From: Phycisphaerae bacterium
Lineage (GTDB): Bacteria; Planctomycetota; Phycisphaerae; FEN-1346; JAACEH01
Length of the DNA: 64,000 nucleotides
Direction: 5' to 3'
Assembly (NCBI GenBank): GCA_012729015.1
Contig: JAAYDY010000105.1
Location: forward strand, 35,296 to 99,295
The notes beneath the pieces are model-generated. The model made no database searches, was not told the origin of the DNA, and worked only from the letters and a program-made list of their open reading frames with translations. Positions 46,822 through 57,151 of the stretch are shown here, one piece after another; the stretch's first letter is position 1, and each line of letters starts with the position of its first letter. Made by a program: the position numbers and the translations under genes.

Positions 46822-48384
46822 CTATGGCCGCGGGGATCGCCACAGCAGCGCCACCAGCCCGCTGACCGGCAGCGTGGCGACCATGAGCAATAGGCATGAC
46901 ACGCTTGCGAGGCCGTCGGGGTGCCGCTGCATCAGGCTGAACAGCCACTGTGTGGAGTGCGGCGCGCCGGGCGGTCGCAGAAGCATCGTGGCGGAGAGTT
47001 CGACGACACTGAGCGCGGCCACGAGCAGGAGAACGCTGGCAGAGGCTCGCCACACGACCGGCCACCAGGGCCGGCGCTGGGGGAAGTCGTCCGTGCCGAC
47101 CGGGTCGTCGCACGGCGTGGCAAGCCGCCCACGATCAATCTGCGATCGGGCGACGAGGAAGAGCAGAACGGCGAGCCCGGCGAATCTGACGGCCTGCCCG
47201 AAGGCGACGGCGGGCCAGCGGTCCATAAGCCAGACCATCGACGGGGCGGCGGGCGCGGCCTCCAGGAGTGCGACGCCGACGAGGGCGCCCGGAATGAAAG
47301 CTGCGGCAATCAGCGAGACCTGCATGAGCCGCGACACGATGGCGGCCCAGCGCCCGCTGCGTTCGAGGACCACAGCCGCGGCAGCCATGGACAACGCCAG
47401 CCCCGCTGCCAGGACGGCGGCAGCGAGGGCGTTGACGAGCCCGGCGCGATCGGGACGGCAGGAACTCCCGGGCAAATCGCCCTTGCAGATGCCCATGAGC
47501 AACAACATGACTGGAACCGCCAACGAGAGGATCAGCACCGTCGCGAGGGCTGCCCACTGAATGCGAGAAACCGTGGAATGTGCGTCGGCGGTATGGCATG
47601 TGGCGTCGATGAGCCACGTGCGTCGCCGCAGCACGATCGCCATGGCAACCGCCACGGCCACGAGGGGCCACGACGCGCGGGCGACGGATTCCGTGGAGCC
47701 GGTGGCCTTGTAGATGGCGACGAGTTCGGTTCCGTAGGTGCGGACGCCCGCGATGCTGAAGGCGTCGTACTGGCATAGCGCCAGAACGAAGCAGACGGCG
47801 AAGGCGACTGCGACGGATTGGCCGAGGGGGCGGCAGATCGCGGCAAGCGTGGGCATCCTGCCCTGCTGGCCTGCGGCCTGAATCCCGGGCGTATCACTGC
47901 GGACGCACTGTCTCCCTCGGGCGATGATCAGGGCCGCCAGGGGCCAGCACCAGAGCACCTGGACAAAGCACGCAACGGCGGCGCGGACAACCTGATTCTC
48001 GTCGGCAGATTGGGAAGCCACGAGCCAGCCCAGGGGAGCCGTGGGACCAAGAAGCAGCGACCAGGCATAGCAGGTGACGTACTGCGGCCACAGGATCGGG
48101 ACCAGCATGAGCCACAACAGCCACGTTCGGCCTCGGTCAGCAGTTGCCAGGACTCGGCCAGGAATGTACCCCAGGACAACGGCGCCAAAAGCCACCGCGA
48201 CGGCCAGGCCGATGCTTCGTGCGATCAGGCTGTGGAGCGTCTGCGGCGCATAGACGCGCCCGGCCATGGCCCAGTGATCGGCCGTCACTGCGGCCGTGAT
48301 CGCCAGGGGCGAGGCCACGAGGAACAGCCAGACAGCCAGACCGGCCATTGCGACGAGGCCGTGAGCCAGAGTGGGACGGTTCAT
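46822..48384 (-). CDS. Polytopic membrane protein, possibly an ABC-type permease with duplicated transmembrane domain
   Basis: ~12 predicted TM helices in two repeats. No diagnostic motif recognised. Start uncertain. Confidence 0.3.
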   Translation of the reverse strand: MNRPTLAHGLVAMAGLAVWLFLVASPLAITAAVTADHWAMAGRVYAPQTLHSLIARSIGLAVAVAFGAVVLGYIPGRVLATADRGRTWLLWLMLVPILWPQYVTCYAWSLLLGPTAPLGWLVASQSADENQVVRAAVACFVQVLWCWPLAALIIARGRQCVRSDTPGIQAAGQQGRMPTLAAICRPLGQSVAVAFAVCFVLALCQYDAFSIAGVRTYGTELVAIYKATGSTESVARASWPLVAVAVAMAIVLRRRTWLIDATCHTADAHSTVSRIQWAALATVLILSLAVPVMLLLMGICKGDLPGSSCRPDRAGLVNALAAAVLAAGLALSMAAAAVVLERSGRWAAIVSRLMQVSLIAAAFIPGALVGVALLEAAPAAPSMVWLMDRWPAVAFGQAVRFAGLAVLLFLVARSQIDRGRLATPCDDPVGTDDFPQRRPWWPVVWRASASVLLLVAALSVVELSATMLLRPPGAPHSTQWLFSLMQRHPDGLASVSCLLLMVATLPVSGLVALLWRSPRP

Positions 48385-48773
48385 TGGAAGGCTTCGGCGG
48401 TGATGGCATCGAGAACCGCCTCCGCCACATCTCCATAACATGCATTCAACGGATCGGCCATGGCGTAACGGCGAACGCGCGCGGCCACGGACGGATGCAC
48501 CGGGGAGAACTCACCGCAGATTTGTCCGGCGTGCGGCAGCCTTGGCCGTATACGTTCGACTGGTGCCGCATCACGTGACATGGCGCCCCCTTGCAAGCCG
48601 CAGGATCATTCTCTTGAAGCCCCCTATCCAAAGCAAGACAAAACCATGCCTCGCCTGATGCAGAGTGAGGCAACGAGGGTGCGGCATGTTGTGGGCCGGA
48701 GCGGACAGCAGTACAATCGTCGTCTGCCGAGGGGGCGCGTTGCGGGCGATGGGATCCCGCCCCGGAGAAGACG

Positions 48774-49757
48774 ATGGCGAGGCGGAAGAGCGTATCGGGG
48801 CGGAGAGAGGCGACGGCAGATACGCCTTGCGTCGCCGCGCCATTGGCTGCGGTTCTTGTGTTGGCGTGTCTTGTCGCCGCATCGTGTCAGGACACTCCGC
48901 CTTCTCCGCATACCAAGGACACGCCGCCACCGCCCGCGGCGTTGGCGACTGGGAATGGGGAACGGCCCTGTTCGGCCGACCCGGCGGCGTATCGGTGGCT
49001 GGGCTCATTCCACCAGGCGGACATCCTGGCCAACCGCATCGCTCCCCCCGATGGCTTCATGAGGCAACAGTCACCGCCGGAGAGCTTCGGCTATTGGCTC
49101 CAGCGCCTTCCACTGAAGCCGGGGCTTCCCGCCGTCCGCCTGCACGACGGGCGGGCGGCATCGAACCAGGAGGCCCACGCGGCGGTCATCGACATCGATG
49201 TCGGCACCGGAGACCTGCAACAATGCGCAGACGCGGTGATTCGGCTCCGTGGCGAGTACCTTTATGCCATGGGCATGGGCCAGCAGGTGTCGTTCGACTT
49301 CACAAGCGGGGACGAGGCGAGTTTCCGGCAATGGTCTCGCGGCTTTCGCCCAACGGTGCACGGCAACAGGGTACAGTGGACGCGATCGACGGCGGCCGAC
49401 GACTCCTATGCCGCGTTCAGGCAGTACCTGCGGACCGTGTTCACCTACGCGGGCACAATGTCTCTCCGCAGGCAATTGACACCGGTGGCAGACCCTTCGC
49501 AGGTGCAGATCGGCGACGTCTTCATCCAAGGAGGTTCTCCGGGCCATGCCGTGATCGTGGTTGACGTCGCGATACACCCTGAGACGCAGCACAGGGTGTT
49601 CCTGCTGGCACAAAGCTATATGCCGGCCCAGGATGTGCATGTTCTGAAGAACCCGCACGACGGCTGGCTGAGTCCGTGGTACTCAGCCGACATGGGTTCG
49701 GGGCTTCATACGCCACAGTGGGAGTTCGCAAGGACCGACCTCCGGCGTTTCCCGTGA
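48774..49757 (+). CDS. Hypothetical lipoprotein
   Basis: Signal peptide with lipobox LVAASC. ATG preceded by GGAGAAG. No recognisable catalytic motif. Confidence 0.45.
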   Translation: MARRKSVSGRREATADTPCVAAPLAAVLVLACLVAASCQDTPPSPHTKDTPPPPAALATGNGERPCSADPAAYRWLGSFHQADILANRIAPPDGFMRQQSPPESFGYWLQRLPLKPGLPAVRLHDGRAASNQEAHAAVIDIDVGTGDLQQCADAVIRLRGEYLYAMGMGQQVSFDFTSGDEASFRQWSRGFRPTVHGNRVQWTRSTAADDSYAAFRQYLRTVFTYAGTMSLRRQLTPVADPSQVQIGDVFIQGGSPGHAVIVVDVAIHPETQHRVFLLAQSYMPAQDVHVLKNPHDGWLSPWYSADMGSGLHTPQWEFARTDLRRFP

Positions 49758-50015
49758 GCCAGCGACGGCTTTATGGGAAGGGACCGCTGGACGCACGCCA
49801 CACACCCGGGTCGCAATCGAAGCCCGGTGTGACACGCATCACCCACCTTGGCCTGGCGGCGGTGTATCCTCTGGATTCATTGTCCGGTTGCTGCTGTCGG
49901 TTGATTAGCGGCGCTGGGAGGTCTATAATTCGCACCAGTGACGAGGCGCCACGCACGTGCCCGCTCATGAGGCGGCATCACACGCGGTGCGTATGACGGG
50001 GACTCGGACAACGCG

Positions 50016-52121
50016 ATGGCCGTGTGGGGCCATCCTCTACGAGGTCAGACGGTGGACGAACTGACGTCAGGCGAATTGAAGCGACTCGGTGACAGCCGCA
50101 TGCTGATGCAGCGGGAGTGGTCGCCGTGCAGATACCATTGCCCGGTGCATGCGGACGTGCGGTCGTACATCGAGTTGGCCGCGCGGGGTCGGTGGCGTGA
50201 GGCCATCGACGTGATCCGCGAACGTCTGCCATTTGCGTCCGTGTGCGGGCGCGTGTGCCATCATCCGTGCGAGGCCAACTGCCGTCGCGCGGGCGTGGAC
50301 GAAGCCGTGGCGATCCGCGAGGTGAAGCGGTTCGTGAGCGAGCAACAGGGCGCCTCGGGAGCAACGGTACGCCGCGTGGTACAGGACAAGGCGCCGGTGG
50401 CGATCGTCGGCGCAGGTCCTGCCGGCATGGCCGCGGCGCTCGATCTGGCGCTTCTGGGATATCGGCCGACGGTGTTTGAGAAGTTCGCCGTCGCAGGGGG
50501 CATACCGGCCACGGCCATTCCTCCGTATCGCCTGCCGCGCGACGTTCTTCAGCAGGACATCGACTGGATCTGCGCCCACGGGGTGACTGTGGTCACGGGC
50601 GTTGAGATCGGCAAGGACAAGACGCTCGCGGACCTGAAGAGCGAGGGCTTTGCAGCCATCGTGATTGCCACGGGCCTAGCGCTTTCGCGAACGTTGCCCA
50701 TTCCGGGCGCGAACCACGAGCGAGTCTATCCCGTGCTGGATTTCCTGACGGCGGTGTGCTCAGACAGGGCGCCCCGGATCGGCTCGGACGTCGTGGTGAT
50801 CGGCGGCGGCAACGTGGCGATGGACGCAGCGCGGACAGCGGTGCGGCTGGGTGCGACTCGCGTGCGGGCGATGTGCCTTGAGGCCGAGGACGAGATGCCG
50901 GCGTGGGACTGGGAGCGCAGCGAGGCGGCCGAGGAAGGCGTCGGGTTCATCCATCGCCGCGGACCGACCGATATCGTGATTCGCGACGGGCGGATCGTTG
51001 CGGTTGCGGCGCGGAAGGTCACTCGCGTGTTCGATGCCGACCACCGATTCGATCCGCGTTACGACGACGCCGATGTCGTGAGCGTGGAGTGCGACACGGT
51101 GATCATGGCGATCGGGCAGACGGCGGACATGGGATTTCTCGCCGGGAGCCCTCTGGCCAAGGATACCCGCGGACGCCTGACGTACGATTCGGCCACGCAC
51201 CAGACCAGCGATCCGTCAATCTTTGCGTGCGGCGAAATCGTAACCGCGCCGGGATCGGTTGTTGAGGCCTGCGCGTCGGGTCAGCGTGCGGCGAAGGGCG
51301 TGGACCTGTTCCTGAGCGGCAAGCCGATCCGGCTTGCCGACGCGCTGCCTCCGGTGATTGGCGAGATGGCCCCCGACACCGCGGCCAAGGTATCGAAGTC
51401 GCCGCGAAACGCTGTCCTGCAACGCGCAGCGGACGAACGCCGGCGCGATAGTCTGCCCATTGACGCGAACTTCACGGCGGATGCGGCCATGCACGAGGCA
51501 CAGCGCTGCATGGGGTGCGGCGGAGGCGCCGAGGTTCTGATCGACAAGTGCGCCGCGTGCCTGACGTGCCTCCGCGTGTGCCCGTTCGACATTCCGGTGG
51601 TGACGGACGTGGCGCGGATCGAGTCCTCGCTCTGCCAGGCGTGCGGTATGTGCATCGTTGAGTGCCCGGCCAACGCCATCGTGTCGCGAAGCTGGGACAC
51701 GCGGGAGGAGATCGGAAACACGGCCGCGCGGCTGGCCGGCGCGGGTGCCGGGCCGAAGGTGGTGGCCTACATCAACGGGTACCATGCCCCCGCGGCCGCA
51801 TGGGGCGCGTCGGCAGAGGATGCCTTGCCCGGCGTGCTGGAGGTCTGGCTGCCAAGCGTGAGCCGCCTGGGCGTGGCCGAGATGCTTCGCGCCATCGAGA
51901 ACGGGGCGGACGGGATCGTGGTGGTGGCGGGCTACCTGGGCGGCGACCGTTACCCCACGGTGCGCGAACGCATGGCTCGCCGCGTCGAACAGCTCCGGGC
52001 GATGCTGGGCGAAATCGGCATGAACCCCGAGCGTATTCAGCTGGTCCACTGTGCGGACGAGGGACGCGACGCGATGCGCCGGGCCATCGTCGAAGCAACG
52101 GGGAAGATTGCGGCATGTTGA
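50016..52121 (+). CDS. GltD/NfnB-like NAD(P)H flavin oxidoreductase fused to 2x[4Fe-4S] ferredoxin and a cysteine-less MvhD-like domain
   Basis: N-terminal Cys clusters (CRYHCPVHADV, CGRVCHHPCEANC). Two Rossmann GxGxxG motifs (VAIVGAGPAG, VVVIGGGNVA). CAACLTCLRVCP and CQACGMCIVECP. C-terminal region aligns to MvhD/FlpD but FCCNWC, MCSGR and GCHxGDCHY are replaced by YINGYH, LPSVSR and GYLGGDRY. Confidence 0.75.
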   Translation: MAVWGHPLRGQTVDELTSGELKRLGDSRMLMQREWSPCRYHCPVHADVRSYIELAARGRWREAIDVIRERLPFASVCGRVCHHPCEANCRRAGVDEAVAIREVKRFVSEQQGASGATVRRVVQDKAPVAIVGAGPAGMAAALDLALLGYRPTVFEKFAVAGGIPATAIPPYRLPRDVLQQDIDWICAHGVTVVTGVEIGKDKTLADLKSEGFAAIVIATGLALSRTLPIPGANHERVYPVLDFLTAVCSDRAPRIGSDVVVIGGGNVAMDAARTAVRLGATRVRAMCLEAEDEMPAWDWERSEAAEEGVGFIHRRGPTDIVIRDGRIVAVAARKVTRVFDADHRFDPRYDDADVVSVECDTVIMAIGQTADMGFLAGSPLAKDTRGRLTYDSATHQTSDPSIFACGEIVTAPGSVVEACASGQRAAKGVDLFLSGKPIRLADALPPVIGEMAPDTAAKVSKSPRNAVLQRAADERRRDSLPIDANFTADAAMHEAQRCMGCGGGAEVLIDKCAACLTCLRVCPFDIPVVTDVARIESSLCQACGMCIVECPANAIVSRSWDTREEIGNTAARLAGAGAGPKVVAYINGYHAPAAAWGASAEDALPGVLEVWLPSVSRLGVAEMLRAIENGADGIVVVAGYLGGDRYPTVRERMARRVEQLRAMLGEIGMNPERIQLVHCADEGRDAMRRAIVEATGKIAAC

Positions 52122-52170
52122 GACCGCGGACGTGCGGACGTCGGGCGCGCTGCGGCGGGAGAAGGCGTCA

Positions 52171-52860
52171 ATGATCGTAGCTGAACGCAAACCCATGGAC
52201 GAGATCGTCGCCATGCTGGCGCCGCACCGGAAGGTGCTGGTGCTGGGTTGCGGCGGGTGCGTGACGGTCTGCCTGACCGGCGGGGAGAAGCAGGCCGAGC
52301 TCCTGGCCGGGCAACTGCGACTGGCGGCGCGGCAGGCCGGCCGGACGCTGGAGGCCGCCTTTGACTGCATCACGCGACAGTGCGAGCGAGAGTTCTTCGA
52401 CAATCTCACGGAGGATCCTCGCACCTACGACGCCGTGCTCAGCATCGCCTGCGGCGCCGGCGTGCAGTACATGAGCGAACTGTACCCCGAGGTGCCGATT
52501 CTGCCGGGGATGAACACAACGTTTCTCGCCTCGAACGTGGCCGGCGGCGTCTGGGAGGAGTACTGTCGCGGCTGCGGCGACTGCGTGCTGGCGTGGACGG
52601 GCGGCATCTGCCCGATCACGCAATGCTCCAAGAGCCTGATCAACGGAACGTGCGGCGGCACGAACAACGGCAAGTGCGAGGTCAACCCGGAGATGGAGTG
52701 CGGGTGGCTGAGGATTTACGAACGGCTGAAGGCGCTCGGCCAACTGGACAACTACCGGACGCTTCGGGCGGCTCGCGACCATCGCAAGGACCGCGGCGGC
52801 GGCGTGAGGCGGCTTGTGCTCAAGGACATGGCCGAGAGCCAGGAGAGCGGCAATGAGTGA
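52171..52860 (+). CDS. metV: MetV-like Cys-rich small subunit of methylene-THF reductase (MTHFR C-terminal-like domain)
   Basis: Cys-rich motifs (LGCGGCVTVC, CRGCGDCV, GGICPITQC, CGGTNNGKCE). ATG 52171 preceded by GGGAGAAGG. Stop overlaps metF. Confidence 0.7.
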   Translation: MIVAERKPMDEIVAMLAPHRKVLVLGCGGCVTVCLTGGEKQAELLAGQLRLAARQAGRTLEAAFDCITRQCEREFFDNLTEDPRTYDAVLSIACGAGVQYMSELYPEVPILPGMNTTFLASNVAGGVWEEYCRGCGDCVLAWTGGICPITQCSKSLINGTCGGTNNGKCEVNPEMECGWLRIYERLKALGQLDNYRTLRAARDHRKDRGGGVRRLVLKDMAESQESGNE

Positions 52861-53761
52861 GCCCGTCAGCAAACTGGAGTCGGCCCTTCGTGCGGGCACA
52901 TTCGTTTTCACGGGCGAGATCGGCCCGCCGAAGGGCACGCATATCGAGCCTGTGATTCACGAGGCGGTCGCCAGCCTGAAAGGGCGATGCGCGGCGGTGA
53001 ACGTGACGGACATTCAGACGGCCGTCATGCGTGCCTCGTCCGTGGCCGGATGCAAGCTGCTGCTGGACGCAGGGGTGGAACCGGTGCTCCAGATGGTGTG
53101 CCGCGACCGCAACCGCCTGGCTCTCCAGAGCGACTTGCTCGGAGCACATATCCTGGGGATTCGCAATGTGCTGGCCCTGACCGGCGACCACACGACGCTG
53201 GGCGACCATCCGCAGTCCATGCCCGTGTACGATCTGGATTCGGTCGGCCTGCTTGAAGCCATCGTGCGCCTGGAGTCGGGCACGGACATGGGCCGGGACA
53301 TGAAAGGGAACCCCAATCAACTGGACGGATCGCCGCGGTTCTTCAAGGGGTGCTGCGTTACACCGTGCGCGGAGGTGGTGGACCCGCAGATCATCAAGCT
53401 CGAAAAGAAGGTGGCCGCGGGAGCGCAGTTCGTTCAGACGCAGGCAGTGTACGATCCGGCCGCCTTCGAGGCGTTCATGCGCAATGTGGAGTCGCTGAAG
53501 GTGCCGGTGCTGGTCGGCATTGTCATGTTGAAATCGGCGGCCATGGCGAAGTACATGAACCGGTCGGTGCCGGGCGTGGTGGTTCCCGAGTGGATCATCA
53601 CCCGACTGACCGAGGCGTCGAAGGAGGATCGGCAGAAGGTGTCGATCGAGATCTGCGGGCAACTGATCCGCCAGATGAAAAGCTGCTGCCAGGGGGCGCA
53701 CCTGATGACGCTGGGTTGGGACCACTGCGTTCCGGAGATCATCGCCGCGGCCGAGGCGTAA
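52853..53761 (+). CDS. metF: 5,10-methylenetetrahydrofolate reductase
   Basis: Full-length MetF TIM-barrel similarity (…FVFTGEIGPPKG…, LALTGDH, VGIVMLKS). ATG 52853 preceded by AGGAGA. Confidence 0.85.
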   Translation: MSEPVSKLESALRAGTFVFTGEIGPPKGTHIEPVIHEAVASLKGRCAAVNVTDIQTAVMRASSVAGCKLLLDAGVEPVLQMVCRDRNRLALQSDLLGAHILGIRNVLALTGDHTTLGDHPQSMPVYDLDSVGLLEAIVRLESGTDMGRDMKGNPNQLDGSPRFFKGCCVTPCAEVVDPQIIKLEKKVAAGAQFVQTQAVYDPAAFEAFMRNVESLKVPVLVGIVMLKSAAMAKYMNRSVPGVVVPEWIITRLTEASKEDRQKVSIEICGQLIRQMKSCCQGAHLMTLGWDHCVPEIIAAAEA

Positions 53762-53819
53762 GGAGTACGGCGCGTCCGGTGCGACGCGGGCCAGTGCGGG
53801 AACACACCAAGGAGATGCC

Positions 53820-54188
53820 ATGATCCAGACGGAAGCCGTGATCCGCTACCTCGACGAGACACCTGCGACGGACTGTCCGTATGGCAACGTCCGCCGCGTG
53901 GTGACTGGCGGCCTGGGGGGCGTGGCCAACGTGCATGTGGTCACGGTCACGGCAGGAAACGCGCACGTCCACACGGGGTACGACGAGACATACTACGTTC
54001 TGGCCGGTACAGGCACCATCACCCTGGCCGGGCGCAGCCATGCGCTGCGTCCGGGCGCGGTGGTCGTGATTCCTCGCGGCACCGGGCACGCGATTCAGGC
54101 GGACACGGGAAAGGCGCTCGAGTTTGTGATCTTCGGGACGCCGGCCATGGGCGCCGACGATGAGCGTTTCATGCCCCGCAAGCCGTGA
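53820..54188 (+). CDS. Cupin-domain protein
   Basis: HxH…H cupin motifs (NVHVVT…HVHTGYDETYYVL…GHAIQ). ATG preceded by AAGGAG. Confidence 0.6.
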   Translation: MIQTEAVIRYLDETPATDCPYGNVRRVVTGGLGGVANVHVVTVTAGNAHVHTGYDETYYVLAGTGTITLAGRSHALRPGAVVVIPRGTGHAIQADTGKALEFVIFGTPAMGADDERFMPRKP

Positions 54189-54195
54189 TCGGGAA

Positions 54196-55482
54196 TCACA
54201 CTCCCAGCACATCCGCATAGATCCGCAGAGTCGTCTCGGCCATCGTCCGCGAAGAGAAGTGCGTTTCGACGCCACGCGCCGCCGCGACGGACATATCGGT
54301 GAGACGGCGGCGGTCATCCGCCAGAGACACCAGGGCCGCCGCCAGCGATTCGGCACCGCAGGGGTCCACAAGCATCCCGCCTCCGGTTGATTCGACGATT
54401 TCCGCCAGGATGCCATTGCGAGGGGCAACCAGCACGGCGCCGCAGGCCATTGCCTCCAGCGCCGCCACGGCCCGGCGTTCCGGCTGCCGGCTCGGACGCA
54501 CAAACACGTCGAGGCTCTGAAACAGGTCGAGTTTCCCGCCGAACGTCACCTGTCCGCGGAAGGCGAAACCGTCGCGGTTCTGTTGCAGACCGGTCTCGTC
54601 CAGCACGGATTGCCACCAGCGACGGTCTGCCGGGGCGAGCTGTCCGGCGACGCTCAACCGCACCTGCCCCGGGCGCTCTCGATGGACGATGGCCGCCGCG
54701 CGGCACAGGATGTCCAGCCCCTTGGCCGGCGCAATGCGCGACAGGTATCCCACGTGGACTGGCCCACCTTCGCTGCGCACAGCCGGTCGGAACACGCCGA
54801 CATCGACGCCCGGGTGGACCACGCGAATGCGGTCTCGACCGACACCAAGAAACTCCGCGACTTCGTCGGCATAGCCGGCGGCCGGTGCGATGAACAGATC
54901 AATGTCCTCGGCGGCCAGGCGCACGAGGGCCATGGCTTCATCGCGAAAAGGCGGAGGCAGATCGCGAACGAACGCCTCCTCACCCTGGACCATGCAGACG
55001 ATCCGGCAGCCAAGCCGCTCGCGAATAGCGGGCGCCAGGCCGGCCAGCAGCGAGTTCGTCAGGTTCACGACGTCGGGACTCCCCTGCCCGTGCAGGTAAT
55101 CGAGCAACGCGCGAAGTTCCTTCGCCTGGCGGCCCTGGCTGCCGCGCAGCACGGAGACGGTCATCGCCCCCAGGTCCTCGGGCTGCGTGTCGATGGCCAA
55201 TCGGGAGACTGCCCGCAGGATCCACCGGCTGTCGAACAGCCTGTCGAGAAGTTTGGGCGTGTGTCGGAAGAGGGCGAACTTCTGCTGGAGCACGGCACTG
55301 ATGCCGCCGTAGAACACGCGACGGTCGCTGGGATCGGGCCCGTCAAGCCTCAGGGGCGTGTACAGAGGAAGCATCGTCACCTCGTGGCCGAGCGCGATGA
55401 GGCTGCGGGCCAGTGCGGCATCGCGGGCGCATGCGCCGCAATACTGCCCTGCCGCCCCGGCTGCGAGGTAGACAATCTTCAT
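54196..55482 (-). CDS. Glycosyltransferase family 4 (GT-B fold)
   Basis: Conserved GT4 C-terminal EX7E-type region (…ALEAMACGAVLVAPRNGILAEIVE…) and N-terminal donor-binding domain. Confidence 0.8.
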   Translation of the reverse strand: MKIVYLAAGAAGQYCGACARDAALARSLIALGHEVTMLPLYTPLRLDGPDPSDRRVFYGGISAVLQQKFALFRHTPKLLDRLFDSRWILRAVSRLAIDTQPEDLGAMTVSVLRGSQGRQAKELRALLDYLHGQGSPDVVNLTNSLLAGLAPAIRERLGCRIVCMVQGEEAFVRDLPPPFRDEAMALVRLAAEDIDLFIAPAAGYADEVAEFLGVGRDRIRVVHPGVDVGVFRPAVRSEGGPVHVGYLSRIAPAKGLDILCRAAAIVHRERPGQVRLSVAGQLAPADRRWWQSVLDETGLQQNRDGFAFRGQVTFGGKLDLFQSLDVFVRPSRQPERRAVAALEAMACGAVLVAPRNGILAEIVESTGGGMLVDPCGAESLAAALVSLADDRRRLTDMSVAAARGVETHFSSRTMAETTLRIYADVLGV

Positions 55483-55489
55483 GCCCGAC

Positions 55490-57145
55490 TCAGCCTCCGC
55501 TGTCTCGCAGGGCTCGCTTCAGGCTCAGGGCTCCGGTCGGACAATGCTCGACACATCGTCGCGCCGTGCGACGAAGCGCCTCGCTCAACTCCGACGAGAA
55601 CGGCGCCGCCGTGCGAACGCTGAAGCCGCGACCGATGAACGTGAGGCCGAGCGTTTCTCGATCCTGTTCGGCGATGCGCACGCACCGACCGCATTGGATG
55701 CACTTGCCCGACTCAAACACGATGTCAGGATGGGTGGCGTCGCGCTCGAAGGGCCGGCGAGGACCATGGTACCGCGTCGGCGACGCACCGTACCGAGCGG
55801 CCAATTGACGCAACGCACACGTATCGCGTTTGCCGCAGTCGCAATCGAGGCAGCGTCCGGCCTCAGCACGGACCTCTGTGTCGCTGGCCGTCGCGGCGGC
55901 CGCTGGATTGCCGGAATCGGGCATGCCCCGGGGACTAGGGTCGGCATGGGCACGCAGCACCGCTACCTCGTCGCCGCTGAGATCGCGCATGAGCACGTTG
56001 ACATGCGCGGGGTCTCCGACAACGTCCGCGCCTCGGAGAAACTGGTCCACGGCAACGGCGGCGCGGCGGCCGCTCGCCACGGCGTGAACGCCGTAATTCG
56101 GGCCGGTCACCACATTCCCGGCGGCAAAGACACCGGCGCGGCCCGTAGCCAGCGTCGCACGGTCCGCCTGCACACCTCGGCGTGAGGGCTGGAGGCCCAG
56201 GGCGTTGAGCAGCGAGAAGTCGTACCGCACCTCGCCGCCGGCCAGGCGTCCCTCGGCATAGAAGGCCGCCTGGTCCATCGCGGTCTGGGTGCCGATGGCT
56301 AGGACGACGGCATTGTGGCGAGCGAGAAGGTCGTCCAGGCTGACATCTCGCCCGAGGCGAACGCCGGATCGCAGCTGCACGCCGAGGCCCAGAATCGCAG
56401 CAATTTCGGCGTCAAGCACGTCGCGCGGCAGCCGCCGGGCGTCGATGCCGCAGCGATACAGCCCACCGGCCTGTGGCTGCGCCTCGTACAGCGTGCAGGC
56501 GTGACCCATCTGTCGGAGGTAGTATGCGGCAGAAAGGCCCGCAGGCCCGGCGCCGACCACGGCGACGCTCTTGCCCGACTCGGTCGCACCATCGGGCCTG
56601 TGTGGATCGCTGGAAGCGAGATCCTTGTCGGCCACCCAGCGGTGCAGGTCGCGAATGTTGACGGCTTCGTCCAGTTCCTTGCGCCGACATGCTCGCTCGC
56701 AGAATCGTGGACACACGCGGCCCAGGGATGCCGGCAGGGGAAGCCGCCGCCTGACGATGCCGGCTGCGCGGCGGTTGTCACCGGCCACGATGGCAGCGAC
56801 GAAGTCGGCCACCTTGAGGTGGGCGGGGCACGCCAAAGAGCATGGGGCTACGCAGTCGCCCGGGTGGTCACTGAGAAGAAGTTCCAGAGCGGTACGACGG
56901 GCTCGCATCACGACGTCGGACTGCGTCCGCACCACCATCCCCTCGGCCACAGGCATGGCGCACGACGGTTTCAGACCGGCCTGCCCTTCGATTTCGACAA
57001 CGCACATGAAGCAGGACGTGTGCGGCTGGAGACCGTCGAGGTGACACAACGTGGGAATGTCGATGCCGAGGCGGCGCGCGGCTTCGAGAACGGTCGTCCC
57101 CGGAGGCACATCTATGCTGCGATTGTCGATGGTCAGTCTCGGCAC
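55490..57145 (-). CDS. HydA-N-terminal-like Fe-S domain (2Fe-2S plus His-ligated 4Fe-4S) fused to NfnB/GltD-like NADPH-FAD oxidoreductase (StnC-like)
   Basis: N-terminal plant-type 2Fe-2S (CHLDGLQPHTSCFMCVV), HPGDCVAPCSLACP, CPRFCERAC. GxGxxG (VAVVGAGPAGL). C-terminal CIQCGRCV cluster. No H-cluster motifs. GTG start overlaps the upstream stop. Confidence 0.75.
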   Translation of the reverse strand: MPRLTIDNRSIDVPPGTTVLEAARRLGIDIPTLCHLDGLQPHTSCFMCVVEIEGQAGLKPSCAMPVAEGMVVRTQSDVVMRARRTALELLLSDHPGDCVAPCSLACPAHLKVADFVAAIVAGDNRRAAGIVRRRLPLPASLGRVCPRFCERACRRKELDEAVNIRDLHRWVADKDLASSDPHRPDGATESGKSVAVVGAGPAGLSAAYYLRQMGHACTLYEAQPQAGGLYRCGIDARRLPRDVLDAEIAAILGLGVQLRSGVRLGRDVSLDDLLARHNAVVLAIGTQTAMDQAAFYAEGRLAGGEVRYDFSLLNALGLQPSRRGVQADRATLATGRAGVFAAGNVVTGPNYGVHAVASGRRAAVAVDQFLRGADVVGDPAHVNVLMRDLSGDEVAVLRAHADPSPRGMPDSGNPAAAATASDTEVRAEAGRCLDCDCGKRDTCALRQLAARYGASPTRYHGPRRPFERDATHPDIVFESGKCIQCGRCVRIAEQDRETLGLTFIGRGFSVRTAAPFSSELSEALRRTARRCVEHCPTGALSLKRALRDSGG

Positions 57146-57151
57146 CGCGGT

